Notes: generated by a model from the letters alone, not told the origin. A stretch of DNA of 64,000 nucleotides from Stegostoma tigrinum (GCF_030684315.1 NC_081378.1:34396252-34460251), one strand, 5' to 3'. Numbered from the stretch's first letter, positions 38,701 through 50,300 are shown. Translations and numbers: made by a program.

Positions 38701-39162
38701 GTGAATAACCTTTCTCACTTCAAAAATAGCAGTAGTTGAAGGGTCTTTAAAGTGCATAAGAGACTGTGCCTCCAAAAGAACCTAATCTACTCCTATCCTT
38801 CCAAAATATTGCCCTAGAAATTTTCAGCATACACTTGAACCTCATCTGAAGGATCTGCTCCAGTATAAATTATATGGTGGACCAAAATTCACAACTTTCA
38901 GGGTTAAATAGCAAGAATGCTAGCAATTTAACACAGAATGAATGAAATTAGCACAGGCTGATTGAGGTACATTAAATCCTACCATTTCAATTGACAAAAT
39001 CCCCTGTTACTGCCTTTTGAGGCATGCATGGCACTTTCTTTGGGAGGGAGGCACAATTAATTTTAAAACTGGTGTTCATATGAAGGGTTCCACACAGCTG
39101 GATTACTACAAAACATCTGAAGTGACAAACATTTGACTACCTTTGTCAGTTTGCTCATCCAT
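17665..39162 (-). CDS. GTSE1: G2 and S phase-expressed protein 1, 10 coding exons reconstructed, 616 aa
   Basis: Exons in transcript order: 39162-39141, 37270-37213, 35585-34973, 28675-28537, 27592-27245, 26698-26623, 24456-24211, 23658-23508, 21530-21420, 17751-17665 (1851 nt, in frame). Has the GTSE1 N-domain (DDEVFLGPVRHVEKC, WSPL, RETF), an SxIP region, LIDL/LIDF clathrin boxes, a KEN motif and C-terminal SPLLKF. An extra symmetric exon between 28.7 and 34.9 kb cannot be excluded. Confidence 0.92.
21420..21530 (-). CDS. GTSE1: GTSE1 exon (clathrin box)
   Basis: NFTVEG...RPLIDLSNTPEIN...PET; attag / gtaagt. Confidence 0.92.
21790..22590 (+). mobile_element. Degenerate CR1-clade LINE fragment
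   Basis: agacctcacctggagta..cagttttggtctcct..gcagttcagagaaggttca is CR1 ORF2 C-terminal sequence. Confidence 0.7.
23508..23658 (-). CDS. GTSE1: GTSE1 exon
   Basis: EQTLRK...LIPCVLDFSPDK...QSKE; gatag / gtagga. Confidence 0.88.
24211..24456 (-). CDS. GTSE1: GTSE1 exon (EB1-binding region)
   Basis: KRLPALPTPLNRRRSGIPTFTPRT, matching human KRLSALPTP...RRCSGLP; catcag / gtgaga. Confidence 0.92.
26066..26563 (-). mobile_element. Neptune-type PLE 3' fragment
   Basis: LGTLQPNAINVNFTSFK followed by the same 3' UTR/pLTR as 45050-45517. Confidence 0.85.
26623..26698 (-). CDS. GTSE1: GTSE1 exon
   Basis: PSPGTTTGQKITQPKKLLSCSAVE; tttcag / gtaaca; phases 1 and 2 fit both neighbours. Confidence 0.85.
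26775..27075 (-). mobile_element. HE1-like tRNA-derived SINE
   Basis: Minus strand starts gcacggtgtctcagtggttagcactgctgcctcacagc (tRNA-like A/B boxes); body gtgtggcgtttgctcattct; CR1-like tail. Confidence 0.75.
27245..27592 (-). CDS. GTSE1: GTSE1 exon
   Basis: Within ORF 27219-27677; ctttcag / gtaagt. Confidence 0.88.
28537..28675 (-). CDS. GTSE1: GTSE1 exon with probable GC donor
   Basis: tttag|VSEPNVSG...SSSGGR; donor AG|gcaagt; phase 1 matches the next exon. Confidence 0.82.
33500..33775 (+). mobile_element. HE1-like tRNA-derived SINE
   Basis: ggtggcagactggttagcactgc..ggacctgggttcgatccc (A and B boxes) and HE1-type body. Confidence 0.75.
34450..34905. mobile_element. Foldback Penelope/Poseidon-type PLE remnant
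   Basis: Minus arm 34450-34770 and plus arm 34775-34905 are inverted homologues; both contain decayed hammerhead cores. Confidence 0.75.
34973..35585 (-). CDS. GTSE1: GTSE1 large N-domain exon
   Basis: Part of ORF 34754-35596; cctag / gtgagc. Confidence 0.93.
37213..37270 (-). CDS. GTSE1: GTSE1 exon
   Basis: (D)FNLLSEENSDFDILLSPA(S), similar to human DILLLADEKFDFDLSLS; tttcag / gtaagt. Confidence 0.9.
37340..37600 (-). mobile_element. Neptune-type PLE RT fragment
   Basis: LLPKIHKPGSPSRPVVSACSCPTKLISSY in ORF 37305-37649. Confidence 0.8.
39141..39162 (-). CDS. GTSE1: GTSE1 start-codon exon (coding part)
   Basis: Acceptor ttttccaacag with exon start at 39183; ATG at 39162; MDEQTDK(D); G|gtagtc; phase matches the next exon. 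Confidence 0.8.
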
Positions 39163-39318
39163 TTCTTGATCTTATCTCCACACCTGTTGGAAAATGAAGA
39201 TGAACATAAGATCAGCAAAGAGTTTTAAAGTATTTCTTCATGAAATTACGACCTCAGGTAAACGTCAGCATATACGAAAAGAATTTAATCTCGCTGCATA
39301 GTTAGTGCCCATTCTCCC

Positions 39319-39319
39319 A

Positions 39320-39351
<32 letters not shown>

Positions 39352-39371
39352 TGTGTTAGTCAGTCAGTCAG
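39319..39371 (+). repeat. Compound microsatellite (CA)n(GA)n and (AGTC)n in GTSE1 intron 1
   Basis: Read directly from the sequence. Confidence 0.9.
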
Positions 39372-39539
39372 CCTCTGCTCCCTGCTCTCAAGCACAATCG
39401 ACTGGGTCGAGGACTTGGTGACATCTTTTCCCCTTCTGGACCTTCCTCGTCCTCACCAAGTGCTCAACGTCTCTGCGATTCCCCCTTCTTTCCCTCTCTA
39501 ACACACCAAACGAACGGACCACTCTCTAACAACGCTGTC

Positions 39540-39710
39540 CTATTTCACCGAGATTTTGAATGCTTCCGTCCCTCAGCGGGTTAGCCTCCCATTGGTGCAT
39601 TTGAACGAAACCGTTACTCCTCGCTCCTTGCTGCGCCGGCGCTACACTGGCAATGCATTCTGGGGGTTGTAGTCTGTAGCCATGCGCATCCAGCGACAAC
39701 GCGGGTGAGG
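39540..39710 (-). promoter_or_regulatory. GTSE1 cell-cycle promoter (CHR, CCAAT, MYB, ZNF143 motifs)
   Basis: TTTGAA at 39555-39560 and 39600-39605; CCAAT (minus) 39591-39595; TAACGG (minus) 39611-39616; ACTACAACCCCCAGAATGC (minus) 39655-39673; CATGCGCA 39681-39688; CpG-rich; candidate exon-1 donor G|gtgagg at 39457. Confidence 0.75.
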
Positions 39711-39829
39711 GATTTTTCTCTTTACAAGTTGCTGTCAGACCTGAAGCGCCTCTTCAGCATTTTCTGTTTTGTTTTTAGTTCCCGTATCCGCAGTTCTTTG
39801 ACTTAATTTCATATCTCCAGCAAATTTAT

Positions 39830-41545
39830 TCACTGGTGGGAAGAGTAGGTCTCTGACCAGCATTGATTGACAATCCCGAATTGCCCTTGAAAGGGTTCGG
39901 TGAGTTGTGTACTTGAACTGCTGCACACGCTGTACTTTGACCCTTAGGGAGGGATCTATACAATTTTGACCCAGTGATAGTGAGAAAAGATTTCATCGAG
40001 TCCTTGACCCAGCCGATTGTGCCTGGGGGGAGGGAGCAGAGATAGAGAAGGGTAGGTTGGTGTGCGTGTGCGCGAGAGAGAGATGGTGATAGTGAAGGAA
40101 TGGCGGTATATTACCCAAATCAGGGTGTTGGTATTCTCATGTATCTACTGCCCTCCTTGTTCTTCCAGCTGGAAGTGGTTGTGCGTTTGGAAAATGCTAT
40201 CTTAGGAGTTTTGATGTGGATAGTACACCCGTGCTGAACTTCAGTGGTGAAGAGAGTGGATGCTTAAGGATGTGATGCCAATCATCTGGTCGGTATCAAA
40301 CTTCTTTAGTGTTGTTGAAGCAGCACCCCTCCAGATAAGTGAAGGGTTTTCATCACCCCTTATCACTTTTCATCATACTCCTGACTTGTGCCTTGTAGAT
40401 ATGGACAGGCTTTGGGGAGTCTGGATTAACGTTACCACAGTATTCCTCGTGTCTAAACTTGCCCCAATAGCCACTATGTTTATGTGGTGAGCCCAGTTGA
40501 TCAAAGCTAATCACAAGGATTTTAAAACTGGGGGATTCAGCTATGTTAAGACCATTGATTGTTGAGGGACAGTGGTTAGATTGTCTTTTAATGGAGATGG
40601 TCATTGCCTGACATTTGTACAATTCTACCATTGGGCAAGTGCTTGTGTGGAGTTTGCACATTCTCCCTGTGTCTGAGCGTGTTCCTCCCACAGTCCAGCA
40701 CTGTGCAGGTTAAGTGAAGTGGCCATACGAATTTTCCCAGTATCCAGGGGTATGAAAGTAAGGCAGATTTAGCCATGGGAAGTACAGGGATTGGTTGGGG
40801 GGGGCGCGGGTGGAGATTGTTGGTCTAGGTAGAATATTCTTCAGAGGGTTCATGTGGAATGGATGGACCAAATGGCATGCTTCCACACTGTTGGAATTCT
40901 ATGAAATGTAACTTGCCACTTGTCAGCCAAAGCCTGGATATTACATTTGCTTCAGTAGGATGAGTGCTGGACATTGAGCAATCATCAGCAAACATCTCCA
41001 TTTTTGACCTTATGATGAAGGCAAAGTTATTGAAGCAGCTAAGTTAGTTGCGTCTAAGACACTATCTTGAGGAACTCCTGAAAAGATGTCCTGGAGCCAA
41101 GATTACTGACCTTTAACAACCATAAACATCTTCCTCTGTGGCAGGTCTGACTCCAACCAGGGAGTTTGCCCCCTGATACCACACTTGGTCAAACGTAGCC
41201 CAGATTTCAAGGGCTGTCACTCTCGTCTCACCTCAGGAATTCAGCTCTTTTGTCCATATTTGAACCAAAGTCAGGAGCTGAGTGGCCCTGATGGAACCCA
41301 AACTGGTTGCTGAGCAGGTGCTTGTTAGCACTGTTGATAACACTTGCTATCACTTTAATGATGATCAGGAGAAATTGATAATGGAGTGTGGCAATTGGCT
41401 GGGTTGGATTTGCCTTGCTTTTTGTGTGCCTGACATTCCTGGGCAATTTTCCACATCGAGGACATACCAGTGTTGGAACTGTGCTGGAAGAGCTTGGCTA
41501 GGGTAGGGGCAAGTTTTGGAGCACAAGTCTTCAGAACTATTCTCA
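39830..41545 (-). mobile_element. Degenerate L2/CR1-type LINE pieces with a nested HE1-like SINE (about 40585-40885, plus)
   Basis: LKTCAPKLAPTLAKLFQHS..WKIAQ..HKKQGKSNPAN, NQFGFHQGHSAPD and IYKAQVRSMM in ORFs 41355-41546, 41228-41446 and 40353-40691. Confidence 0.7.
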
Positions 41546-41986
41546 AAATATTATGGTATTAAACAGACTATAGTAACAGGTGCGTAGCAGGCTAAGGTTC
41601 TAAGAAGTAGAGTCGTGGCAAGCATAATATTTTTCTGACCGAGTAAAGCTTGCAGCATATCTACTGGCTGCACTTAAGTAGCACAGTACAAAGAACGGGC
41701 AGGTTCCACTGACAATACTCAAATCCTCTTTTTCACAACTCTCATTTCCTTTGTTGTCATCCTGTTGCAAAACACCCAGTATTGGATAAATGACTAATTC
41801 CCTCCAAGATTTTCTTAACTGAATCTCCCTTTACAAATGCAACCAGATCTGCCGAGTATTTCCAGTATTTGTTAGAGATGGTTATTGCCACTTATCAGCC
41901 CAAGACTGAATGTAGCCTGAGTCCTGCTGTGTGCAGATGCCAATTGCTTTGTTTTGAGGTGCTGTGAATAGAACGACACATTATAG

Positions 41987-42037
41987 TCATACAGAAAAAA
42001 ATACTCCACTAATCATACAGAAAAAAATACTCCACTA
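41987..42037 (+). repeat. 26-bp tandem duplication
   Basis: TCATACAGAAAAAAATACTCCACTA(A) twice. Confidence 0.9.
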
Positions 42038-42537
42038 TCATAAAGTCAAAAGTAAAACTCATTGACAGAGTAACTGAAAATGGTTTAGCTGAAGATGATA
42101 CCCTTTAGAACTGATGCAATGCCTTCGAGTTGAGATGAACAGCTTCTAACCAACACAATTAATTTCCTTTGGACTAGATATTACTCCATCCAGGGAGTTT
42201 TTCCTCCTGTTCCAATCCATACCGTAAGGTCTTTGATTAACACATTAAAGTCATTTATTTGAGTCTGGATTCTGAACTGGTGGCATGTTTGTTCTGGTCT
42301 GCAAGAATGAAACGGTTTAATAATTAACTTGTTGTATTTGTAGAGCCATGACTTTAAACCAGTATGTCCACACAATGGATGACTGGGATCATAATGTGAA
42401 TTTGTTGAATGAAGAGAGTTCTTCAGTCAAAGAGAATAAACATAAATATATTGGCTTGCCTTTGGTATAGACATTTCAAGAACAGATTAGAAACTAGAAG
42501 GGGGACCCTTTAGATTGGAAAGTTTTTGGGGCAGTTT

Positions 42538-42663
42538 GCAGAAGGGTCTAGGCCCAAAACGTCAGCTTTTGTGCTCCTGAGATGCTGCTTGGCCTGCTGT
42601 GTTCATCCAGCTTCACACTTTATTATCTTGGATTCTCCAGCATCTGCAGTTCCCATTATCACT
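42538..42663 (+). mobile_element. Solo Neptune-type pseudo-LTR
   Basis: Near-identical to 45395-45515. Confidence 0.8.
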
Positions 42664-42951
42664 AGGTCGAATGTAATAGTTTCTGCTAGAGAGGTCAGAA
42701 CTCAGAACTGTTAGGAAATAGGTTACCTCAGTGTAATTGTAGTTTGAAAACTTCGGGTCAGTAACATTTGGTTAGAACCCTGAAGGGGTTACTTGAATCT
42801 AAGACAATTTCTGTTCAGTTTTATAAATAATCAAATAATCTGGAGAATTTGAAGAAATTAAACTGATTGATGTGATAGAAAGTGATGTTATTGGCAATAT
42901 ATTGGATTTTGTTTTGAAATTTTTCAAATAGTGATAAATGTAAATACTTTG

Positions 42952-45517
42952 AAGCAGGAAAGCTGATGTTTCGTGCCTAGACCCTTCGTTGGAAATGGGG
43001 GAGGGGAAGAGTGTTCTGAAATAAATGGGAGGGAGGGGCTCACCTTTGTCCCCCTCCACCCACACATCAACGAATACCAATCACGTTTGGACATTGAGCA
43101 GTTTTTCCACGGCCTCCGCCTCCGTGCTTACTACTTTAACCCTCCCTCTACTAACCCCTTCTCCCGCCTCCAACACAAGCACTCCTCCTGGACACAATCC
43201 CAAGGCCTCCTACCCTCCCTTGATCTCTTCATCTCCAATTGCCGCCGAGGCATCAATCGCCTCAACCTCTCCCCCGCGGAATGTACAGCCCTCCGCTCCA
43301 ATCTCAAACTCACCATAAAACCCGTGGACAAGAGAGGCGCAGTTGTAGTATGGCGCACTGACCTCTAAATTGCTGAGGCCAGATGCCAACTCTCTGACAC
43401 CAACTCGTACCGTCCCCTGGATCATGACTCCATCCCTGAACACCAAACCATCATCTCCTAAACCATCCACAACCACATCACCTCACGTGACCTCCACACG
43501 GATAGCCTCCAACTTCATCGTTCCCCAACCCCACACCACCCGCTTCTGTCAACTTCCCAAAATCCATAAACCTGCCTGTCCTGGTCGACCCATTGTCTCC
43601 ACCCGCTCCTGCCCCACTGAACTCATCTCCACCTATCTGGACTCCATTTTCTCCCCCTTGGTCCAGGAACTCCCTACTTACATCCGTGACACCACCCACA
43701 CCCTCCACCTCCTCCAGAACTTCCAATTCCCCAGTCCACAACACCTCATTTTTACTATGGACATCCAGCCCCTATACACCTGCATTCCACATACAGATGG
43801 CCTAAAGGCCCTGTGCTTCTTCCTGTCCCGCACACCTGACCAGTTCCCCCTCCACTGACACCCTCATCCACTTAACCAAACTCGTTCGCACCCTCAATAA
43901 CTTCTTTATCAATTCCTCCCACTTTCTGCAGAAAAAGGGGTGGCCATGAGCACCCGCATGGGCCCAAGCTATGCCTGTCTCTTTGTAGGTTACATGGAAC
44001 AATCCCTCTTCCACACCTACACTGGCCCTAAGCCCCACCTCTTCCTCCGTTACATTGATGACTGTATCGGTGCCGCCTCCTGCTCCCACGAGGAGTTTGA
44101 ACAGTTCGTCCACTTCACCAACTTCTTCCACCGCAACCTTAAGTTTACCTGGACTATCTCTAACACCTCTCTCACCTTCCTGGACCCGTCTGTCTCCATC
44201 TCGGACAACCACCTAGAAAGTGATATCTCTTTCAAGCCCATCGACTCCCACAGCTACCTAGAATACACCTCCTCCCACCCACCTTCCCACAAAAATGCCA
44301 TCCCCTATTCCCAATTCCCTCGCCTCCGCTGCATCCCAGGATGAGGCATTCCACTCCTGTACATCTCAGATGTCCTCGTTTTTCAAGGACCGCAATCCCC
44401 CCCCCCCCACCGTAGTGGTCGAGAACGCCCTCGACCGTGTCTCCCGCATTTCCCACCACTCATCCCTCACACCCCCTCCCTGCAATAACAACCAAAAGAG
44501 AATCCCCCTCATCCTCACATACCACCCCACCAACCTCCGGATCCAACGCATCATCTTCCGACATTTCTGCCATCTGCAATCTGATCCCACCACCAAAGAC
44601 AATTTTCCTTCCCCACCCGTCTGCTTTCCAGATTGACCGCTCTCTCCGTGAGTCCCTTGTTCACTCCACACTCCCTTCCAGCCCCACCACACCTGTCCCT
44701 GCAACTGTAGGAGGTGCTACGCCTGCCCCAACACTTCCTCCGTCACCCTATCCCAGGACCCAAGAAGACTTTCCACATCAAGCAGAGGTTCACTTGCACA
44801 TCTGCTAATGTGGTATACTGCAACTGCTGTACCTGTTGTGGCCTCCTCTACATCAGGAAACCAAGCGGAGGCTTGGGGACTGCTTTGCAGAACACCTATG
44901 CTCAGTTCACAATAAACAACTGCACCTCCCAGTCACGAACCGTTTCAACTCCCCCTCCCATTCCTCAGACAACACGTCCATCCTGGGCCTCCTGCAGTGC
45001 CACAACAACGCTACCCAAAGGTTGCAGGAACAGCAACTCATATTCCGCTTGGGAACCCTGCAGCCCAATGGTATCAATGTGAATTTCACAAGCTTCAAAA
45101 TCTCCCCACACCCCCCCCCACTGCATCCTAAAACCAGCCCCAGCTCATCCCCACCTCCCTAACCTGTTCTTCCGCTCACCCATCCCCTCCTCCCACCTCA
45201 AGACACACCCTTATTTCCTACCTACTAACCTCATCCCGCCCCCCTGACCTGTCCATCCTCCCTACACTCACCTTTACTGGCTCCATCCCCGCCTCTTTAA
45301 CTTGTCTGTCTCCTCTCCAACTGCCTTCTCCTCTATCCGCCTCCCCTTCTCTCCCTATTATTTCAGAACCCTCTACTCCTCCCCCTTTTCTGATGAAGGG
45401 TCTCGGCCCGAAACGTCAGCTTTTGTGCTCCTGAGATGCTGCTTGGCCTGCTGTGTTCATCCAGCTCCCCACCTTGTTATCTCAGATTCTCCAGCATCTG
45501 CAGTTCCTATTATCTCT
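42952..45517 (+). mobile_element. Long 5'-truncated Neptune-type PLE (frameshifted RT + GIY-YIG) with inverted 5' pLTR piece and 15-bp TSD
   Basis: LPKIHKP..GRPIVS, MGPSYACLFVG, LRYIDD, FTCTSANVVYC..CGLLY, ETKRRLGD.FAEH; AATGTAAATACTTTG at 42937-42951 and 45518-45532; 42952-43015 is inverted. Confidence 0.92.
45388..45419 (+). ncRNA. Minimal hammerhead-like motif (Neptune-type PLE pseudo-LTR)
   Basis: CUGAUGA A GGGU cucg GCCC GAAAC GUC^AG; core and helix II intact, helix I only about 2 bp. Confidence 0.55.
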
Positions 45518-47042
45518 AATGTAAATACTTTGGTCTGTTTATCTTTTCTTTTGTATAATAAAACTTGTTTCATCGTTAAAACCAAATCTGCTGCACTGCA
45601 TGCTTAGGTTTGAGTGAAAGTCCACCAGTTTAAAATGGTCCACCGTGCCAAATGTCAGCCCAGAATCTGATTCATTCTGTAGCAATATCAGCTAGGATCA
45701 TAACGCATTAACCACAGCTTTAAGGGCTCCTTAATGCCATATTTGGTCAAATGGTGCCTTGTTAACCACTCACACACCTCTGGAATTCAGTTTCTTTTCA
45801 GTAGGTTTGAATGAAGGCTGTGCTGAAGTCTGGTAGTGTGTGCTTGTAGCAAAATTCAGACTGAGCATTGGTCATTGATTATTGCAAAAATATAAAAATA
45901 AATTGCTTCAATTAATTATACTGGTCCTTGAAATACTTTGAGAAAAGAAAAATCAGTGAAATGCCTATTTGAAGAACTAACACCAACATGATGGTTCAAA
46001 TGCCCTCCCTTCTGCATTGCAATAATTGAGATTGAGCACTTTTACAGAAAAGATTTTACAAAGCAATACCACAACACAGGAGAACATGGCCACCGTATTC
46101 TACAATGAGGTATTACCAAGTGAATGATTTAACAAACTAACTGTTTCTTTCCCCTCTAGTGATGGTTTGAGAGTCAGTACATATTTGTGAAGGGTGGGTC
46201 AGGTTTTCATTTACTAGCAGGGACCTTTTGCAAGTTCACGTACAAGATTCTGCACAAGGTTTGAAAAGTTTAAAGCACACAACTTATGTCAAGTTTAACG
46301 TGGGCTGGCAAAATAGGACTAAATAGAACACACCGATCAACAGGACATAACAATTTGTGATTCCATGCCAGTGATCTTCTGCAGGTCCTGTTTTTCCCTT
46401 CACTCTGTTATATCTTCCTAAGGTGCTATATCCAAATATGCAGATAACATTAGAGAGCATAGAAGATGTAGATAAGAGCACAAAGCTACACTGGAGTACA
46501 GACCAACCCAATGGCAAGTAATGCCAGATGGAGATTAATCTGGGAAAGGTTGAACAGGTGTGCTTATACCCAATGGGATTTAGAAGAATGAGAAATGATG
46601 AGTGACACAGAGATCCTGACAGCATTTGATAGTGCCGATGTCAAGAGGATGTCTCTCATTGAACTAAGGGACGTACTTTGAAAGGGTGACCTCTTGCCCT
46701 GAAACAAAGAACTAGGTTTTTTACCCCCCATGAAGGACATTACCGTGTGGCATTCTCTTGTCCAGAAAACAGTAGCAGCTGGGCAACTGAGTTTAATCAA
46801 GGTAGGGTTAGATTTCATTTTACAGTCAAGGGAGTCAAAGATTACTGATAGAAATGCAGGGTGCAGTGCACAGTCAAGAAAGTGCAATTGAGGCCATAAT
46901 TAGATTAGTCATAATTTTATTGAATGGCACAGCAGGCTCTCAGGGCCAAGTGGCCTACTCCTGCTGCAATTATTTTTCAATGTACCACATGAAAATGTCT
47001 TCATTAACTGTCAAGTGAGTATATAGCTTATCAGAGCAATTG

Positions 47043-47105
47043 TTTATTCATGTCTGTAAATTTATTAAACCGCAAGGAAAACATTTAAATATATTTGAAT
47101 TTATT
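47043..47105 (-). terminator. Cluster of AATAAA signals for NDUFA9
   Basis: TTTATT at 47043, 47061 and 47100, 110-170 bp downstream of the stop codon. Confidence 0.6.
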
Positions 47106-47214
47106 CCTTTAAAACTGGACAGACCCAACTTTTTATGTACATTACTGTCAAAACTAGATATGATGTGGTAATCCTCCAGGAATCCGATAAGTACTTCTCT
47201 TTCAGAATACGTTA

Positions 47215-47382
47215 TTAATTCACAGGTGTTGCTGGTTTTGCATCTTCCAGGTCAGCATCCAACCAACGGTACTTCCGATGACGTCGCAGAACTTCAATTG
47301 CTCTTTGTTCAATAGGTGTTGGAGTAATTCCTAAGTCTTCCAGACCAGGAAGGTCAAGGTATTTAAAGTCTGTGATGTGCAA
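47215..47382 (-). CDS. NDUFA9: NDUFA9 exon 11 (stop)
   Basis: [58 protein letters not shown]. Confidence 0.96.
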   Translation of the reverse strand: MHITDFKYLDLPGLEDLGITPTPIEQRAIEVLRRHRKYRWLDADLEDAKPATPVN

Positions 47383-50300
47383 CTAAAATGAATTCATAAC
47401 CAGATAGATCCAACAAAACAATTATTTTAGTACCCTGAATATTGAGTCATTAAATTGTATGAGTTGTTTATAATATTATCTTTTAAGAATAAGACTTAAA
47501 TTTGATTAAATTTTTAAATTTAAATAGGAAAGCTTCCAATAAATAACGTGTACAGAGCCTAAACCTAAAATTCATATGCCATACGTTTCTTTAAAAAAAA
47601 ACTGGTTGCAAAAATCCATACAACATCCCAATATCAAATCCAAGGCTGATGAAACTCTACTTTGATCCCCAGTTATTAATCTAAGATTATGTAGTGGGAC
47701 GTCAGGGGCGTTGAGATTCATTGGCATTGGGAGGGGGACCTGGAACTGGAAGGCAGTTGTGGCTCAAAATGGGTTTCCCCTCTTCCTTACTCTGCTTCGT
47801 CTCTTTCCCTGGTCATGGGTGGCTTCCTGATTCTTGGACTTCTTGTGCAACAGTTGCTGACATGGAAGCACAACAAAGATTTTCAATCACTGGGGACCCA
47901 ACAAATAATGGCCAAAAAGAAGTAGAAATCAGATGATCAGAATATCACACGGTCAAACCTGCAGGAATGCTTCAACTAGAGTTAGCAACCCAAGGCCTGA
48001 TCTCAGGATATTGCTGACCCAAATAACATGCATTTAGAGTAGAAATAATGAGAACTGCAGATGCTGGATAATCCAAGATAACAAAGTGTGAAGCTGATGA
48101 ACACAGCAGGCCCAGCAGCATCTCAGGAGCACAAAAGCTGACGTTTCGGGCCTGGACCCTTCAGAGAGGGGGATGGAGAGGGGGTTCTGGAATAAATAGG
48201 GAGAGTTGGGGAGAGGCGGACCGAAGATGGAGAGAAAAGAACATAGGTGGAGAGGGAGTATAGGTGGGGAGGTAGGGAGGGGATAGGTCAGTCCAGGAAA
48301 GACGGACAGGTCAAGGAGGCGGAATGAGGTTAGTAGGTAGAAAATGGAGGTGCGGCTTGGGGTGGGAGCAAGAGATAGATGAGAGGAAGAACAGGTTAGG
48401 GAGGCAGGAATAGGCTGGGCTGGTTTTGGGATGCGGTGGGGGGGGGCAGGGAGATTTTGAAGCTTGTGAAGTCCACATTGATAACCATTGGGCTGCAGGG
48501 TTCCCAAGCGGAATAGGAGTTGCTGTTCCTGCAACCTTCGGGTGGCATCATTGTGGCACTGCAGGAGGCCCATGATGGACACGTCGTCTGAGGAATGGGA
48601 GGGGGAGTTAAAATGGTTCGCGACTAGGAGGTGCAGTTGTTTATTGCGAACCGAGCAGAGGTGTTCTGCAAAGCAGTCCCCAAGCCTCTGCTTGGTTTCC
48701 CCAATGTAAAGGAAGCCACACCGGGTACAGTGGATACAGTATGCCACATTGGGAGATGTGCAGGTGAACATCTGCTTGATATGGAAAGTCATCTTGGGGC
48801 CTGGGATGGGGGTGGAGGTGGTGGTGTGGGGGCAAGTGTAGCACTTCCTGCGGTTGCAGGGGAAGGTGCTGGGTGTGGTGGGGTTGGAGGGCAGTGTGGA
48901 GCGAACAAGGGAGTCGCAGAGAGAGTGGTCTCTCCGGAAGGCAGACATGGGTGGGGATGGAAAATTGTCTTGGGTGGTGGGGTTGGATTATAGATGGCGG
49001 AAGTGTCGGAGGATGATGCGTTGTATCTGGAGATTGGTGGGGTGGTATGTAAGAACGAGGGGGATCCTTTTGGGGCGGTTGTGGCGGGGGCGGAGTGTGA
49101 GCGATGTGTTGCGGGAAATGCGGGCGACGCAGTCAAGGGCATTCTCGACCACTGCAGGGGGAAAGTTGCGGTCCTTGAAGAACGTGGACATCTGGGATGT
49201 GCGGGAGTGGAATGCCTCATCCTGGGTGCAGATGCGGCAGAGGCGGAGGAATTGGGAATAGGAGATGGAATTTTTGCAGGAGGGTGGGTGGGAGTGGGGT
49301 GGTGTATTCTAGGTAGCTGTGGGAGTTGGTGGGCTTGAAATGGACATCAGTTTCTAGCCGGTTACCTGAGATGGAGACTGAGGGATCCAGGAAAGTGAGG
49401 GATGTGTTGAAGATGGCCCAGGTGAACTTGAGGTTGGGTTGGAAGGTGTTGGTGAAGTGGATGAACTGTTCGAGCTCCTCTGGGGAGCAAGAGGCGGCGC
49501 CGATACAGGCATCAATGTAACAGAGGAAGAGGTGGGGTTTGGGTAGGTGTAGGTGCGGAAGAGGGACTGTTCAAAGTAACCACCTCAAGCCGCACCTCCA
49601 TTTCCTACCTACTAACCTCATCCTGCCTCCTTGACCTGTCCATCTTCCCTGGACTGACCTATCCCCTCCCTACCTATACTCTCCTCTCCACCTATCCTCT
49701 TTTCTCTCCATCTTCGGTCCGCCTCCCCCTCTCTCCCTATTTATTCCAGAACCCTCTCCCCATCACCCTGTGTGATGAAGGGTCTAGGCCTGAAACGTCA
49801 GCTTTTGTGCTCTGAAATGCTGCTTCACACTTTGTTATCTTGCATTTAGAATAGATTGGGTCATTGCAGTCGGAGTGCATATTTAGAATGTTTATAGACT
49901 AGGCACAGAGGTCACAGGAAAAAAACTATCATATGAAAAATATGCTTGGTAATCCACATGATCAAAAATTTATTACTTTAAAACCTTGGTTATATGGACA
50001 TTTCCCAGTTCCAGAAATCACACCCTTTAATATCCAATGTGTTGAGGATATGATAACCAAAATCTTAAACTGGCTCAAAATTTACATTCATAGACTGATA
50101 ATAAATAGCAAAAGTAGCAGGACTTACAAATGAAAGAAAATCTCTACTCTAAAATTAATAAAATCAATCTGTCATTGCTCGAGTTATTAGTTTTGTTGAA
50201 TTAATCATGTTGTTCAAAATGTGTCCATCCTGCCAACATTAACTTTGCCAACCACTCAAAAGCAAAGCAAAATTCTAAGAACCAATATATAAATTGGGAA

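Noticed and set aside
41987-42037. Direct repeat as a CRISPR-like array
   Set aside because: Two adjacent units with no spacer in a vertebrate genome; a simple slippage duplication.
48034-48948. 304-aa ORF as a host gene or domesticated nuclease
   Set aside because: It is a PLE GIY-YIG region that frameshifts into 3' UTR sequence, inside a TSD-flanked truncated copy.
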